Positions 18,510 through 27,481 of a stretch of DNA of 64,000 nt are shown here, piece after piece (the first letter of the stretch is position 1; each line of letters begins with the position of its first letter). Made by a program: the position numbers and the translations under genes. A model generated the notes under the pieces. It ran no database searches and had not been told where the DNA came from. It saw nothing but the letters and a program-made list of their open reading frames with translations. The DNA is from Thermoplasmata archaeon (lineage in GTDB: Archaea > Thermoplasmatota > E2 > JACPAO01 > JAHFTW01), in contig JAXDQS010000005.1 in the NCBI GenBank assembly GCA_034667725.1, positions 127,228-191,227 of the forward strand, in the 5' to 3' direction.

Positions 18510-19064
18510 TTGGGCCTCCGCGTGCCCGTCGCGCCGCAGATCCACCCCACCAGCGTCCTGTGCCCTGGCGCCGTCGTCATCGGCCAGGTCACCATCGAGG
18601 CGGAGTGCTTCATCGGCCCCAACGCGGTGCTGCGCGGCGACATCGAGCCCATCGTGGTGCGCCGCGGCTCCAACATCCAGGACAACTGCATAGTCCACAC
18701 CGAGAAGGGCTCCCCCGTCGTCATCGGGCCGGACGCCTCGGTCGGCCACGGCGCCGTCGTCCACGGGGCCACCATCGGCGAGCGTGCGCTCGTCGGCATG
18801 AATGCGGTGGTGCTGAACGGCGCCTCCGTGGGCGAGCGGGCCGTCGTCGGCGCCCTCACCTTGGTGCCCAGCAACTTCCACGTCCCGCCCCGCAGCCTGG
18901 CCGTCGGCGTCCCCTGCACCGTCAAGAAGCAGGGCGACGCTGCGGTCGCGGAGATGGCGTTCCAGAACACCGAGCGCTACCACCGCTACCGCAACGAGCA
19001 CTTGGAAGGCAAGTGGGGGACCGTGCGCGGCCCCGCGAACGACCACGGCGTCTTCCCCCGTTAG
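18510..19064 (+). CDS. Gamma-class carbonic anhydrase family protein
   Basis: LRGD, SNIQDNCIVH, VGHGAVVHG and hexapeptide repeats. Confidence 0.93.
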   Translation: MGLRVPVAPQIHPTSVLCPGAVVIGQVTIEAECFIGPNAVLRGDIEPIVVRRGSNIQDNCIVHTEKGSPVVIGPDASVGHGAVVHGATIGERALVGMNAVVLNGASVGERAVVGALTLVPSNFHVPPRSLAVGVPCTVKKQGDAAVAEMAFQNTERYHRYRNEHLEGKWGTVRGPANDHGVFPR

Positions 19065-19065
19065 C

Positions 19066-20397
19066 ATGGTCGCCATCGCCCCGTTCCGGGCCTTGCGCTT
19101 CCGGAACGGCCTCGACCTTGCGGCCCTCACGACGCCGCCGCACGACTGCATCCCCGAGCCGCTGCTGCGCCACTTCCGCGCCGGCGACCCGCGCAACGTC
19201 GTCCACGTCGTGCTGCCCGAGGACGCTTCCAGCGACGGGCCCGAGGCGAAGTTCCAGCGCGCCGCCGCCCTCCTGGCCAAGCTCATGGCGGACGGCGACC
19301 TGGCGCGCGACGCGCGGCCCGCGTTCTACCTTTACCACGCCACCCACGGCCCGGCCGAGTCGCGCGCCACCATGCGGGCGCTGTTCTGCCGGCTGCGCCT
19401 CGACCCCGCCCACAAGGAGGTCAAGCCGCACGAGAAGACCCTGCGCCGCGCCAAGCAGGACCGGCTCCACCTCCGGGTCGCGACCCGATGCGACGTCGAG
19501 CCCATCTGGCTGCTGTACCGCGACCCCCGCGGCTGGGTCGAGGAGCTGCTGGAGTCCAACAGCTTCGACGAGCTGGCCCGCTTCACCGACGAGGAAGGGA
19601 CCGAGCATCGCCTGTGGCGCGTCGACCGCCCCGAGGCCGTCGGCGAGATCGTGGCCCAGTTCGAGGACCGCACGCTCGTCATCGCGGACGGCCATCACCG
19701 CTACCAGACGGCGCTCGACCACCACGCCCAGACCGGCCGCCCCGAGCATGGCAGCATCCTGGTCGGCCTGGTGCGCGACAACGACCCCGGCCTGCGCATC
19801 GAGGCCACGCACCGCCTCGTCCACTCCACCGGCATGACCCTGGCCCAGGCCCTTGCGAAGGCCACCCACCACACCGTTCGCCGCATCCACTCCGACGACC
19901 TGCTTGCCGACGCGCACGACCTGGCCGCCATGCCGGGAGCCGAAGGCCGGCAGGCGGTCGTCGTCGGCAAGGGCGCCGACGGCCGGCTGGAGGCGCACCT
20001 CTTGACCCTGAAGCCCGGCTCCGAGCTGGCGACCGGCCGCGGCCGGCTCGACACGCTCGCCGTCACGCGGGTCCACGAGCGCCTGCTGCGGGACGGCTGG
20101 GGCTTCGACCTGGAGAAGCCCGAGGCGCACCTGCGCTTCAGCCGCGACCCGCACGCCGCCCTCCAGGAAGTGGCGCACGGCGGCTGCGAGTTCGCGCTGC
20201 TCTTGAGCCCCGAGCCGGTGGCGGCGGTGCTGGACGTCGCGTCCGAGGGCCAGCTCATGCCCCAGAAGGCGACCTACTTCGTGCCCAAGCTGCGCAGCGG
20301 AGTGGTGCTGTCGCCGCTGGATGAGCCGTTGCCGGTGGGCTGGACCGAGGTCGCGGGCGACGGCGGCAGGCCGGACACGCGGTTGCCAAAAATCTGA
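19066..20397 (+). CDS. DUF1015 family protein
   Basis: 'IAPFRALR', PPHD, PHEKT, IADGHHRY, MPQKATYFVPK. Confidence 0.9.
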   Translation: MVAIAPFRALRFRNGLDLAALTTPPHDCIPEPLLRHFRAGDPRNVVHVVLPEDASSDGPEAKFQRAAALLAKLMADGDLARDARPAFYLYHATHGPAESRATMRALFCRLRLDPAHKEVKPHEKTLRRAKQDRLHLRVATRCDVEPIWLLYRDPRGWVEELLESNSFDELARFTDEEGTEHRLWRVDRPEAVGEIVAQFEDRTLVIADGHHRYQTALDHHAQTGRPEHGSILVGLVRDNDPGLRIEATHRLVHSTGMTLAQALAKATHHTVRRIHSDDLLADAHDLAAMPGAEGRQAVVVGKGADGRLEAHLLTLKPGSELATGRGRLDTLAVTRVHERLLRDGWGFDLEKPEAHLRFSRDPHAALQEVAHGGCEFALLLSPEPVAAVLDVASEGQLMPQKATYFVPKLRSGVVLSPLDEPLPVGWTEVAGDGGRPDTRLPKI

Positions 20398-20460
20398 AAG
20401 TCCACGCCCATGGGTCGCCGATGGCCGGCGAGGCCCGGCCCCGGCGTTGAGGGTGGCGCG

Positions 20461-21006
20461 TCAGCGCCCCGCTGAACGCGAAGCGGAAGCGGCTCGGTGG
20501 GTCGCGCGCGGAGCGTCGCGGCCCGCCAGGGGGTCCAAGGGGCGAAGCCCCTTGCGGCCCATCTTGACGATGGCGTCGAAGTGCGCCTTGTCCACCGGCT
20601 GCACCGACAGCCGCGACGCCTTGCCCGACGTCAGCAGCATCCCGTTCAGGGCGTCGCTGTCGCGCAGCGCCTCCAACGGCACGAGGGCGGGGAACGCCTC
20701 CACGAACCCGAGGTCCACCGCCTGCCAGACGGGGTTCTCCGGGCTGGCCTTCGGGTCGTAATGGTGGTCCTTCTTGTTCCACGCCGTCGCGTCGGGATGG
20801 GCCGTGCCGACCACCTTGGCGACGCCCACGACGCCGGAGGGGTCCGCGTTGGAGTGGTAGAACAACACTTTGTCGCCCTTGCGCATCGCGACCATGAAGT
20901 TGCGTGCCTGGTAGTTGCGGACGCCGTCCCAGGAGGTCGTGCCGTCGCGCTCCAGGTCGTGGATGCCGTAGGAGCCGGGCTCGGACTTCATCAGCCAGTA
21001 GGCCAC
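20461..21006 (-). CDS. EVE domain protein (thymocyte nuclear protein-like)
   Basis: YWLMKSEP, WDGVRNYQARN, GDKVLFYHSN, YDPK, SRLSVQPV. Confidence 0.93.
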   Translation of the reverse strand: MAYWLMKSEPGSYGIHDLERDGTTSWDGVRNYQARNFMVAMRKGDKVLFYHSNADPSGVVGVAKVVGTAHPDATAWNKKDHHYDPKASPENPVWQAVDLGFVEAFPALVPLEALRDSDALNGMLLTSGKASRLSVQPVDKAHFDAIVKMGRKGLRPLDPLAGRDAPRATHRAASASRSAGR

Positions 21007-21017
21007 GCGCCGCGGAC

Positions 21018-22211
21018 TCAGGCTTTGGCGATAATCTTCACCACATCGCCCGCCCCCAGCACGTGGTCCGCCCCGATGGTGCGCTTGGTGCGGCAGTCGA
21101 TGGCGCGGATGAAGTGCTCCGCCAGGTCGGTGTGGACCTTGGCCGCCAGTTGCCGCGCCGTCGTCCCGGGAGGCACCAAGTGGCAGTCGGGCAGCACGCG
21201 GTCCTGCTTGTCGGTGAGCTTGGCCTCGTCCTCGACGGGGAACACCGGGATGCGGCCCAGCAGCCGCAGCACCGCCGTCTCCAGCGCAGGCACGACGCCC
21301 GTCGAGCCGTGCGGCTTCAGCACGTGGTCGCGGATGTAGTCGAGGCCCTTCTGCTGCGGCGCGGACAGGGTCCCCTTGACGGTGAACTCGGAGCCGCCGG
21401 GCGCGTAGTCGACGAGGCCCGCGGCGGCGGCCTTCTGCAACGCCAGCTCGGACTGGGCGCTGGTGCGCACCGCCGGCAGCCCGCCCGCCTCCGCCTCCAG
21501 CTTCGCAAGCGCGGCCGGCTCGGCCAGGTCGGCCTTGTTGAGCGCCAGCACCATCGGCTTGGACGAGCGCCGCAGCGCCCGCGCCAGCTCCAGCAGCCGG
21601 GGGCCGCCGAGGTCGGTCGCCTTCAGGCCAACGAGCCCCGCGTCGCGCAGGCCCTTGGCCGCGAGCGCCTCGGTGATGCCGATGCCGCCGAGCTTCTCGG
21701 CCAGCACGACCTCCAGCTTGCGGTTCTCCATCTGGCTGCGCTTGGCGATGCGGTCCCAGCCGTCGGCCAGGATGCCCTCGATCCAATGGTCGACCTCGTC
21801 GGGCAGGAACCGGATGTCGGACGCGACGTCGTGGCCGCGCTGGGGCAGGACGTTGCCTTCGGCGTCCGTGCCGCCCGAGGCGTCGACGACGTGCACCAAA
21901 ACGTCGGCCTGCGCCAGGTCGCCGAGGAACTTGTTGCCGAGGCCGCGGCCCTCGTGGGCGCCGGGGACGAGGCCGGCGACGTCCACCAGCTCGATGGGCA
22001 CGTAGCGGGTGCCGCCGACGACGCGGCCGTGGCGGGGCGTGCTCTGGACGCCGAAGGCGGGGCCCGGATCCGGGACGCGCACGGCGGCGACCCCGTGGTT
22101 GGCCTCGATGGTGGTGAAGGGGTAGTTGCCGATGGCGGCCTCGGCGGCCGTGGCGGCGGCGAAGAACGTGGACTTGCCGACGTTGGGTTTGCCGACGAGG
22201 CCGACCTTCAA
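21018..22211 (-). CDS. ychF: Translation-associated OBG-family GTPase/ATPase (YchF-like, archaeal)
   Basis: GKPNVGKST, YPFTTI, DVAGLV, NKAD and a C-terminal TGS domain. Confidence 0.93.
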   Translation of the reverse strand: MKVGLVGKPNVGKSTFFAAATAAEAAIGNYPFTTIEANHGVAAVRVPDPGPAFGVQSTPRHGRVVGGTRYVPIELVDVAGLVPGAHEGRGLGNKFLGDLAQADVLVHVVDASGGTDAEGNVLPQRGHDVASDIRFLPDEVDHWIEGILADGWDRIAKRSQMENRKLEVVLAEKLGGIGITEALAAKGLRDAGLVGLKATDLGGPRLLELARALRRSSKPMVLALNKADLAEPAALAKLEAEAGGLPAVRTSAQSELALQKAAAAGLVDYAPGGSEFTVKGTLSAPQQKGLDYIRDHVLKPHGSTGVVPALETAVLRLLGRIPVFPVEDEAKLTDKQDRVLPDCHLVPPGTTARQLAAKVHTDLAEHFIRAIDCRTKRTIGADHVLGAGDVVKIIAKA

Positions 22212-22236
22212 GGCGAGCGGCCCAGCGGACCCGGGC

Positions 22237-22833
22237 TCAAATCGTTGGCGGGGCGCCGCCCGGCTGGAGGGCGTCGTGGTTGGCGTGCGACGGCGCGCCG
22301 GCGCCGGGCAGGCCGATCTGCGACTGCTCGACGTCGGTCAAGAGCTCGGCGAGGCCCTGCTGCGGGAAATAGCGGTTGCTCTGCAGGCCGCGGCGCTCGT
22401 GCACCAGGCCCTCGGCCAGGAGCGGCTCGATGGAGGCGCGGAAGGTCTTGCGCGAGACGTTGACGGCGTCGCAGACGTCCACCTGGCGGGCGCCGGGGTG
22501 GTCGCGGATGAAGGCGGCGACCTCCTGGCGGCGGCCTTGGTGGAGGACGGCCAGCAGGCGGGCCCGGCCGGGCTCGACCTCCTGGGGGAAGAACCGGCGC
22601 TCGCGGCCGGCCTCGATGGCGGTGACCATGTCGGTCTTGCCGAGCAGGCTGAGATGGTACTGGACGGTGCCCCAGGGCTCGCCGGCGGTGCGGCAGAGCT
22701 CGCTGGCGTGGATGCCGGGGCGTTCGTGGATGATGGTCAGGAGCCGCCGCCGAAGCGGCTGCTCCCCAAGGCGGGCTTCTTCGACGCGGCCCACGAGTGA
22801 GCCGGCAAGCAGTTGGGCAACAAGGTCGAACAT
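22237..22833 (-). CDS. Double winged-helix transcriptional regulator (HVO_0163-like)
   Basis: Two wHTH repeats: 'RPGIHASEL...GTVQYHL' and 'HPGARQVDV'. Confidence 0.85.
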   Translation of the reverse strand: MFDLVAQLLAGSLVGRVEEARLGEQPLRRRLLTIIHERPGIHASELCRTAGEPWGTVQYHLSLLGKTDMVTAIEAGRERRFFPQEVEPGRARLLAVLHQGRRQEVAAFIRDHPGARQVDVCDAVNVSRKTFRASIEPLLAEGLVHERRGLQSNRYFPQQGLAELLTDVEQSQIGLPGAGAPSHANHDALQPGGAPPTI

Positions 22834-22845
22834 GGTGTTTCACTC

Positions 22846-24435
22846 CTAAGCGTACCCGCTCGCATCCCGCGGCTCGGGGGGCGAGGGGGGTCGTACTGGC
22901 GGCGCGGCACTTGTAGTTGCCGCTCTGCCCATCCTTTCCTGCACGTCCTTCAGGAGGGCGGGGGTCCGCCGAACCGCTTCCTCGAACGAGGAGCGGGCCT
23001 CCTCCAGGCGGCCCAGCTCGTGCTGGGCGACCCCTAGGACGTAGTGGAGCACGCCGTCGGTGGGGCGGCGCGTCTGGAGGTGGTGCCGGACCTCGCGCAC
23101 GACGACGCGGTGCCGGCCGGACTTGGACAGCGCGATGGCGCGGCTGAGCATGGCGTCCTCGGAGTCGGGGCGCCGGAGGAGGATGCGGCGGGCGTCGCGG
23201 GCGGCCCGGCGGAAGGCGTTGGCCTCCAGGGCGGCCTCGACGTCGGCCAGGATGGGGAGCCGGCGCATCCGGCGGTAGACCAGGTAGGTGCAGGCGAGGC
23301 CGGCCACCAGGACGACGGTGCCGGCGGCGACCCCTTCCAGGATGGCGTCCGGCGGCGAGGCGTAGACGGGGCCGTCGGGGATGGGGTGGCCCTCGGCGTC
23401 CACCGGGACCAGGTCGAGGTCCAGGACGCTGCCCTCGGGGCGGGCCGCGAGCCCCTGGGGGCCGCGCAGCTCCAGCTGGGGGCTGCTGACATGCACGGGC
23501 GGGTCGTCGGCGGCCGCGACCATGCCGGTGGCGGACTGGACGACGGCGACGCCTTGGACGTAGGTGGAGAGCAGCGACGGGCCGGACCAGGAGGCGGCGG
23601 CGTCGGGGGAGCTGAAGGTGAGCACGCCGTCCTCGACCAGGACGCGCAGGAAGACCTCGCGGACCTCGTGCAGGCTCTCCTGGCCGGGCTGGCCGGGGGC
23701 AAGGGCGGACTCCCAGCGGCCGCTCTCGAAGGCCCAGGCGCGGCTCGGGGTGGCGACCTCGCCGGAGATGCCGACGGCCTCGAGGGTGAAGTCGCCGCGC
23801 CAGGTGACGGTGGCGGGGCCGGCGCTGGCCGAGTGGACGTGCGGCGAGCTGGCCTGGGGGCGGGACCAGTAGGGTGAGGCCTGCGGGCTCTGCTGCTCGA
23901 TGGGGACGTTGTTGTCCGCGATGCCCATGTGGGTCAGGATGGGCTCCTGGAGGACGCCGACGCGGGGCGAGGTGGTCTGCGCGTCGTGGCGCAGGGTGCT
24001 GGCCTCGTTGAAGACGATGATGGTGAAGCCGGCCTGGGCGCCGCCGACGACGAGGCGGGCGTCGCGGCCGGAGTTCTCCACGGGCTCCGGGGCCTGGCCC
24101 AAGGAGCGCATGTACTGGCCGGTGTAGGCGGCGACCGAGTCGGGCTCGTCCATGAACGGGACGTCCTGCGGGAAGGGGGCGCGGGCCTCGTGGCCTTGGT
24201 CCTCGTATTGGATTGTGGTGATGCGGGCGGCCTCGATGGTCAAGGTCGGGGCGGGGCCGGTCTGGTTGCGCGCGAGGTGGCCGAACTGGACGAGCCCCTC
24301 CTCGCGGACGTCGGCGTCGAACACCACGGCGTCGCCGTTCAGGTTGCCGCGGGAGCTGGGCGTGGCCGAAGCCGATCCGGCGACCAGCAGGGCGGCGATC
24401 GCCGCGAAGACGAGGATGCGGGCGACCAGGCTCAG
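22846..24435 (-). CDS. Membrane protein: signal peptide, ~400-aa ectodomain, TM helix, cytoplasmic TPR domain (paralogue 2; start uncertain)
   Basis: Frame stays open upstream of GTG 24327 through a signal-like LSLVARILVFAAIAALLVAGSASA; TPR 'LHYVLGVAQHELGRLEEARSSFEEAV'. Confidence 0.75.
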   Translation of the reverse strand: MSLVARILVFAAIAALLVAGSASATPSSRGNLNGDAVVFDADVREEGLVQFGHLARNQTGPAPTLTIEAARITTIQYEDQGHEARAPFPQDVPFMDEPDSVAAYTGQYMRSLGQAPEPVENSGRDARLVVGGAQAGFTIIVFNEASTLRHDAQTTSPRVGVLQEPILTHMGIADNNVPIEQQSPQASPYWSRPQASSPHVHSASAGPATVTWRGDFTLEAVGISGEVATPSRAWAFESGRWESALAPGQPGQESLHEVREVFLRVLVEDGVLTFSSPDAAASWSGPSLLSTYVQGVAVVQSATGMVAAADDPPVHVSSPQLELRGPQGLAARPEGSVLDLDLVPVDAEGHPIPDGPVYASPPDAILEGVAAGTVVLVAGLACTYLVYRRMRRLPILADVEAALEANAFRRAARDARRILLRRPDSEDAMLSRAIALSKSGRHRVVVREVRHHLQTRRPTDGVLHYVLGVAQHELGRLEEARSSFEEAVRRTPALLKDVQERMGRAATTSAAPPVRPPSPPEPRDASGYA

Positions 24436-24442
24436 TGTGCCT

Positions 24443-25006
24443 TCACGCTCCGATGGGCGAGACGGTCAGGTAGGTCTTGAGGGGACCGCCGGAGGCGGCG
24501 GACGCCCAGTCGATGCGGCAGGCGTCGAGCTCGTACATGGTCATCCCGGAGTAAACCTGGACGCGGGGGCCGGAGCCTGAGCCGCTGCCGCCGAGGGGCA
24601 GGCACACGACGCGGTGGGCCTCGACGCCGTCCTCCTCGCCCTCCTCGGTGACGGTGACGGTGGCGGGGACGCCGTAGCGGGCGTCGCGCAGCACGGTCCC
24701 CACAAGGGGGCCGTCCTCCAGGACGCCGTCCCGGAAGACGCAGTTGTTGACCACGATCATGTTCAGCACCGGGTACATCTTGATTCCCGGGCGGTCGCCG
24801 GTGCCCTCGACGGGGTAGCAGGTGCCCTCCACTTGGCGGTCGGGGACCATGGAGTAGTCGACCGTGATCTGCAGCTGCACCGGGAGGCCATGGTAGGGGC
24901 AGCTGCTGTCCACGCAGTAGTCGCCGGCCGAGGCCAGGCCGCCGGGGGCCGCGACGGCGGCAAGGAACAAGGCCGAAAGGACGGCGGGGACGACCGGGCG
25001 GGCCAT
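24443..25006 (-). CDS. Secreted Cys-containing protein (paralogue 2)
   Basis: Signal peptide; shares C-x-P-x-EGTG..PG...YPVLNM...N.C and VY.....Y.LDAC with 26656-27192. Confidence 0.8.
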   Translation of the reverse strand: MARPVVPAVLSALFLAAVAAPGGLASAGDYCVDSSCPYHGLPVQLQITVDYSMVPDRQVEGTCYPVEGTGDRPGIKMYPVLNMIVVNNCVFRDGVLEDGPLVGTVLRDARYGVPATVTVTEEGEEDGVEAHRVVCLPLGGSGSGSGPRVQVYSGMTMYELDACRIDWASAASGGPLKTYLTVSPIGA

Positions 25007-25093
25007 GGAGACGGCAGGGACATTCCTTGCGAGGGCCTATAGGTTCGCAACCGTTTCCTTTCTGCCGGCCAGAAGGGCAACAGGAGGGAAAAG

Positions 25094-26659
25094 TCAGGCG
25101 TAGCCGCCCGGCTCCTGGCGGGACGGGCCGCGCGCCGCCGCCCCGCTGGCGGGCGTCGCCGGCCGGGGGTCGTCGCCGAGGCGCTTCTCGACGTCCGCCT
25201 GGAGGGAGGGGGTGCGCTGGACCGCCTCCCGGAACGAGGTGCGCGCGTCGGCCAGCTGCCCAAGCTCATGCTGGGCCACGCCGAGGACGTAGAACAGGAC
25301 GCCGTCGGAGGGCTGCCGGGTCTTGACGTAGGGCTCGATCTCGCGCACGACGGCGGTGTGCCGGCCCGACTTCGAGAGCGCGATGGCCAGGCCCAGCCGG
25401 GCGTCCTCCGCCTCGGGGCGGCGGTGCAGGATGCGGCGGGCCGAACGGGCGGCGCGGCGGTAGTCGCGCGACTCGAGCGCCGCCTCGACCTGGCCCATGG
25501 TGGGCACGTTGCTGCGCTGGTGGACGCGCCAGCCGCCCATGACGCCGAGGGCCAGCAGGGTGCCGGCCGCCATGACGCCCTGCACCACCGGGTCGCGCGG
25601 GCTCTCCATCACGGGCAGCGCCAGCGGCTGGCCGTCGCCGTCCAGCGGGACGACCCCGACGTCCATCTGGCGGCCGAGCGGCCGCAGCGCCAGCAGCACG
25701 GGCGGCGCCAGCTCGATGGCGGGCTCCTGGACGCGCTGCTGCGGGCCGCCGTAGGCGCCCAGCAGGCCGGCGGCGTCGGTGAGGCCCGCCGTGCCCGACA
25801 GGACGCTGTTTTCGACGTTGGGGCCGGACCACTGCAGCGCGCCGTCGCTGTCGGCGAACTCCAGGACGCCGTCCACGACCTCGATGCGCAGGAACGATTC
25901 GCGCAGCGTGGTGGCGCCGGTGGCGCCCGTGGGGCCGGCTGGGCTGACGGGGGACTCCCAGTGGCCGCTCGCGACGTCCCAGCCGCCTTCGCTGCCGACC
26001 AGGCGGCCGGACAGGCCGACGACCTCGATGGTGAACGTGCCTTCCAGGCGGAGCTTGAAGCCTTCGGGGGCGGTGGTGCGGACGTGGGGGCCGCTGGCGA
26101 CCGGGCTCGACCAGTACGCCGACCCCTTGCCGCTCTCGACGCCGTCGGCATCCTCCACGCCGTCGAGGTGGTTGAGGGCGGGGTGCTCCACCACCTCGAG
26201 GCAGGCCTCGCCGAGCGAGGAGGATTGGCCGAAGGTGCCCATCGAGAACACCATGACGACGTAGCCTTCCTGGGCCTCCTCCGGCGTCACCTGCGCCTGG
26301 GTGGCTTCATGCTGGACCGGCGGCGGCGCCTGGCCGAGCGAGCGCAGCGTCTGCGCCGTGGACACGCTGTAGGGCTCGCCCACGGGCGGCGTGGCGCGCA
26401 CCACGTGGCCCTCGTCCGACACCTCGTAGGTGTGGATGCGGGCCGCCGCGATGCTCCAGGCGGGGGGCTCGGAGCCGCCCCCGCCCATGTGGACGAACTG
26501 GCCAAGGCCGCGCTGGAGCACGTCGCCCTCCACGTGGGCCGTGGCGGCGGACAACGTGCCGCCGACCGGCTCGGCCGCGGCCGCCGGCAAGGCGAGCACG
26601 GCCAGGAGAAGGGCGGCCGCGGCCCGCAGGCCGGGCCAGCTCCAGCGCGACGGGTTCAA
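25094..26659 (-). CDS. Membrane protein: signal peptide, ectodomain, TM helix, cytoplasmic TPR domain (paralogue 1)
   Basis: TTG start overlaps the upstream TGA; aligns end to end with 22846-24435 (RSLGQAP, YWS.P.AS.PHV, SG.WES, FLR..V.DGVL, TPR, C-terminal GYA). Confidence 0.82.
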   Translation of the reverse strand: MNPSRWSWPGLRAAAALLLAVLALPAAAAEPVGGTLSAATAHVEGDVLQRGLGQFVHMGGGGSEPPAWSIAAARIHTYEVSDEGHVVRATPPVGEPYSVSTAQTLRSLGQAPPPVQHEATQAQVTPEEAQEGYVVMVFSMGTFGQSSSLGEACLEVVEHPALNHLDGVEDADGVESGKGSAYWSSPVASGPHVRTTAPEGFKLRLEGTFTIEVVGLSGRLVGSEGGWDVASGHWESPVSPAGPTGATGATTLRESFLRIEVVDGVLEFADSDGALQWSGPNVENSVLSGTAGLTDAAGLLGAYGGPQQRVQEPAIELAPPVLLALRPLGRQMDVGVVPLDGDGQPLALPVMESPRDPVVQGVMAAGTLLALGVMGGWRVHQRSNVPTMGQVEAALESRDYRRAARSARRILHRRPEAEDARLGLAIALSKSGRHTAVVREIEPYVKTRQPSDGVLFYVLGVAQHELGQLADARTSFREAVQRTPSLQADVEKRLGDDPRPATPASGAAARGPSRQEPGGYA

Positions 26660-27192
26660 CCCAGGGCCTCCAGCGACAAGTCCAGGACCACCGTGAACGT
26701 GTCCCAGCTTGCGCCGGGGACCAGGGAGCAGGCATCGAGCGCGTAGCTGGACAGGACCGCGTAGACGTTGACCGACGGCGGGTCGATGGCGCCCGCGGGC
26801 GGGCTGCACGCCACGGCGACGGCCGTCCAGGAGTCGCCGTCGTCGCTCGTGATGGTGACGTTGGACGGCATGCCGCGGCCGTGCCCGAGGCCGCCTGCCA
26901 GCACGACGGGGCCCTCCAGCATGCCCACCGGGGCGCCGACGGAGCATTGGTTGATCGTGTACATGTTGAGGACGGGGTAGACCACGAGGCCCGGCTCCTC
27001 GCCGGTGCCCTCGATGGGCTGGCACTCCTCCCTGCCATCGCGGGGACCGAGGGCCGTCATGATTCGGGCGTCGGCCTTGACGGTGGCGTCCTCCCAATAG
27101 GAAGTGCCGTAGCCCGCGGGGGCGGCGGCGGCCGGTCCAAGGGCGATGGCAAGCAACGCAGCCAGGCCGCAGGAAAAAGCGCGGGATCGCAT
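26656..27192 (-). CDS. Secreted Cys-containing protein (paralogue 1)
   Basis: Signal peptide MRSRAFSCGLAALL...; four Cys conserved with 24443-25006. Confidence 0.8.
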   Translation of the reverse strand: MRSRAFSCGLAALLAIALGPAAAAPAGYGTSYWEDATVKADARIMTALGPRDGREECQPIEGTGEEPGLVVYPVLNMYTINQCSVGAPVGMLEGPVVLAGGLGHGRGMPSNVTITSDDGDSWTAVAVACSPPAGAIDPPSVNVYAVLSSYALDACSLVPGASWDTFTVVLDLSLEALG

Positions 27193-27267
27193 GGAACGTG
27201 CCAGAAGAACGGGCCGCACGATGCAAGGCTTCGGACGCCGGCAATGCCCAACAGTAGGCCAAACGTC

Positions 27268-27283
27268 GTTGGATGTATCCAAC
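27268..27283. promoter_or_regulatory. Candidate operator palindrome GTTGGAT-GT-ATCCAAC
   Basis: 7-2-7 inverted repeat 76 bp upstream of the start at 27192. Confidence 0.35.
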
Positions 27284-27481
27284 CTGCCGGGCGAGGAGCA
27301 CGCGATCGCGAGGGGGTTTGTATGCTCGTCGATGGAGGAAAGCCACGGCGGCGGCGCCCCGGGAAGCGCGGCGGGGGCGACCCTTGGAAGACGGCCTGCG
27401 CGGCCAAGGGCACGGGTTGGCGCTCGCCTCACGGGAGCGGCTGCGCGAGGAGCCCGTGGGACCGATGCTGCCGTGAGCGCC

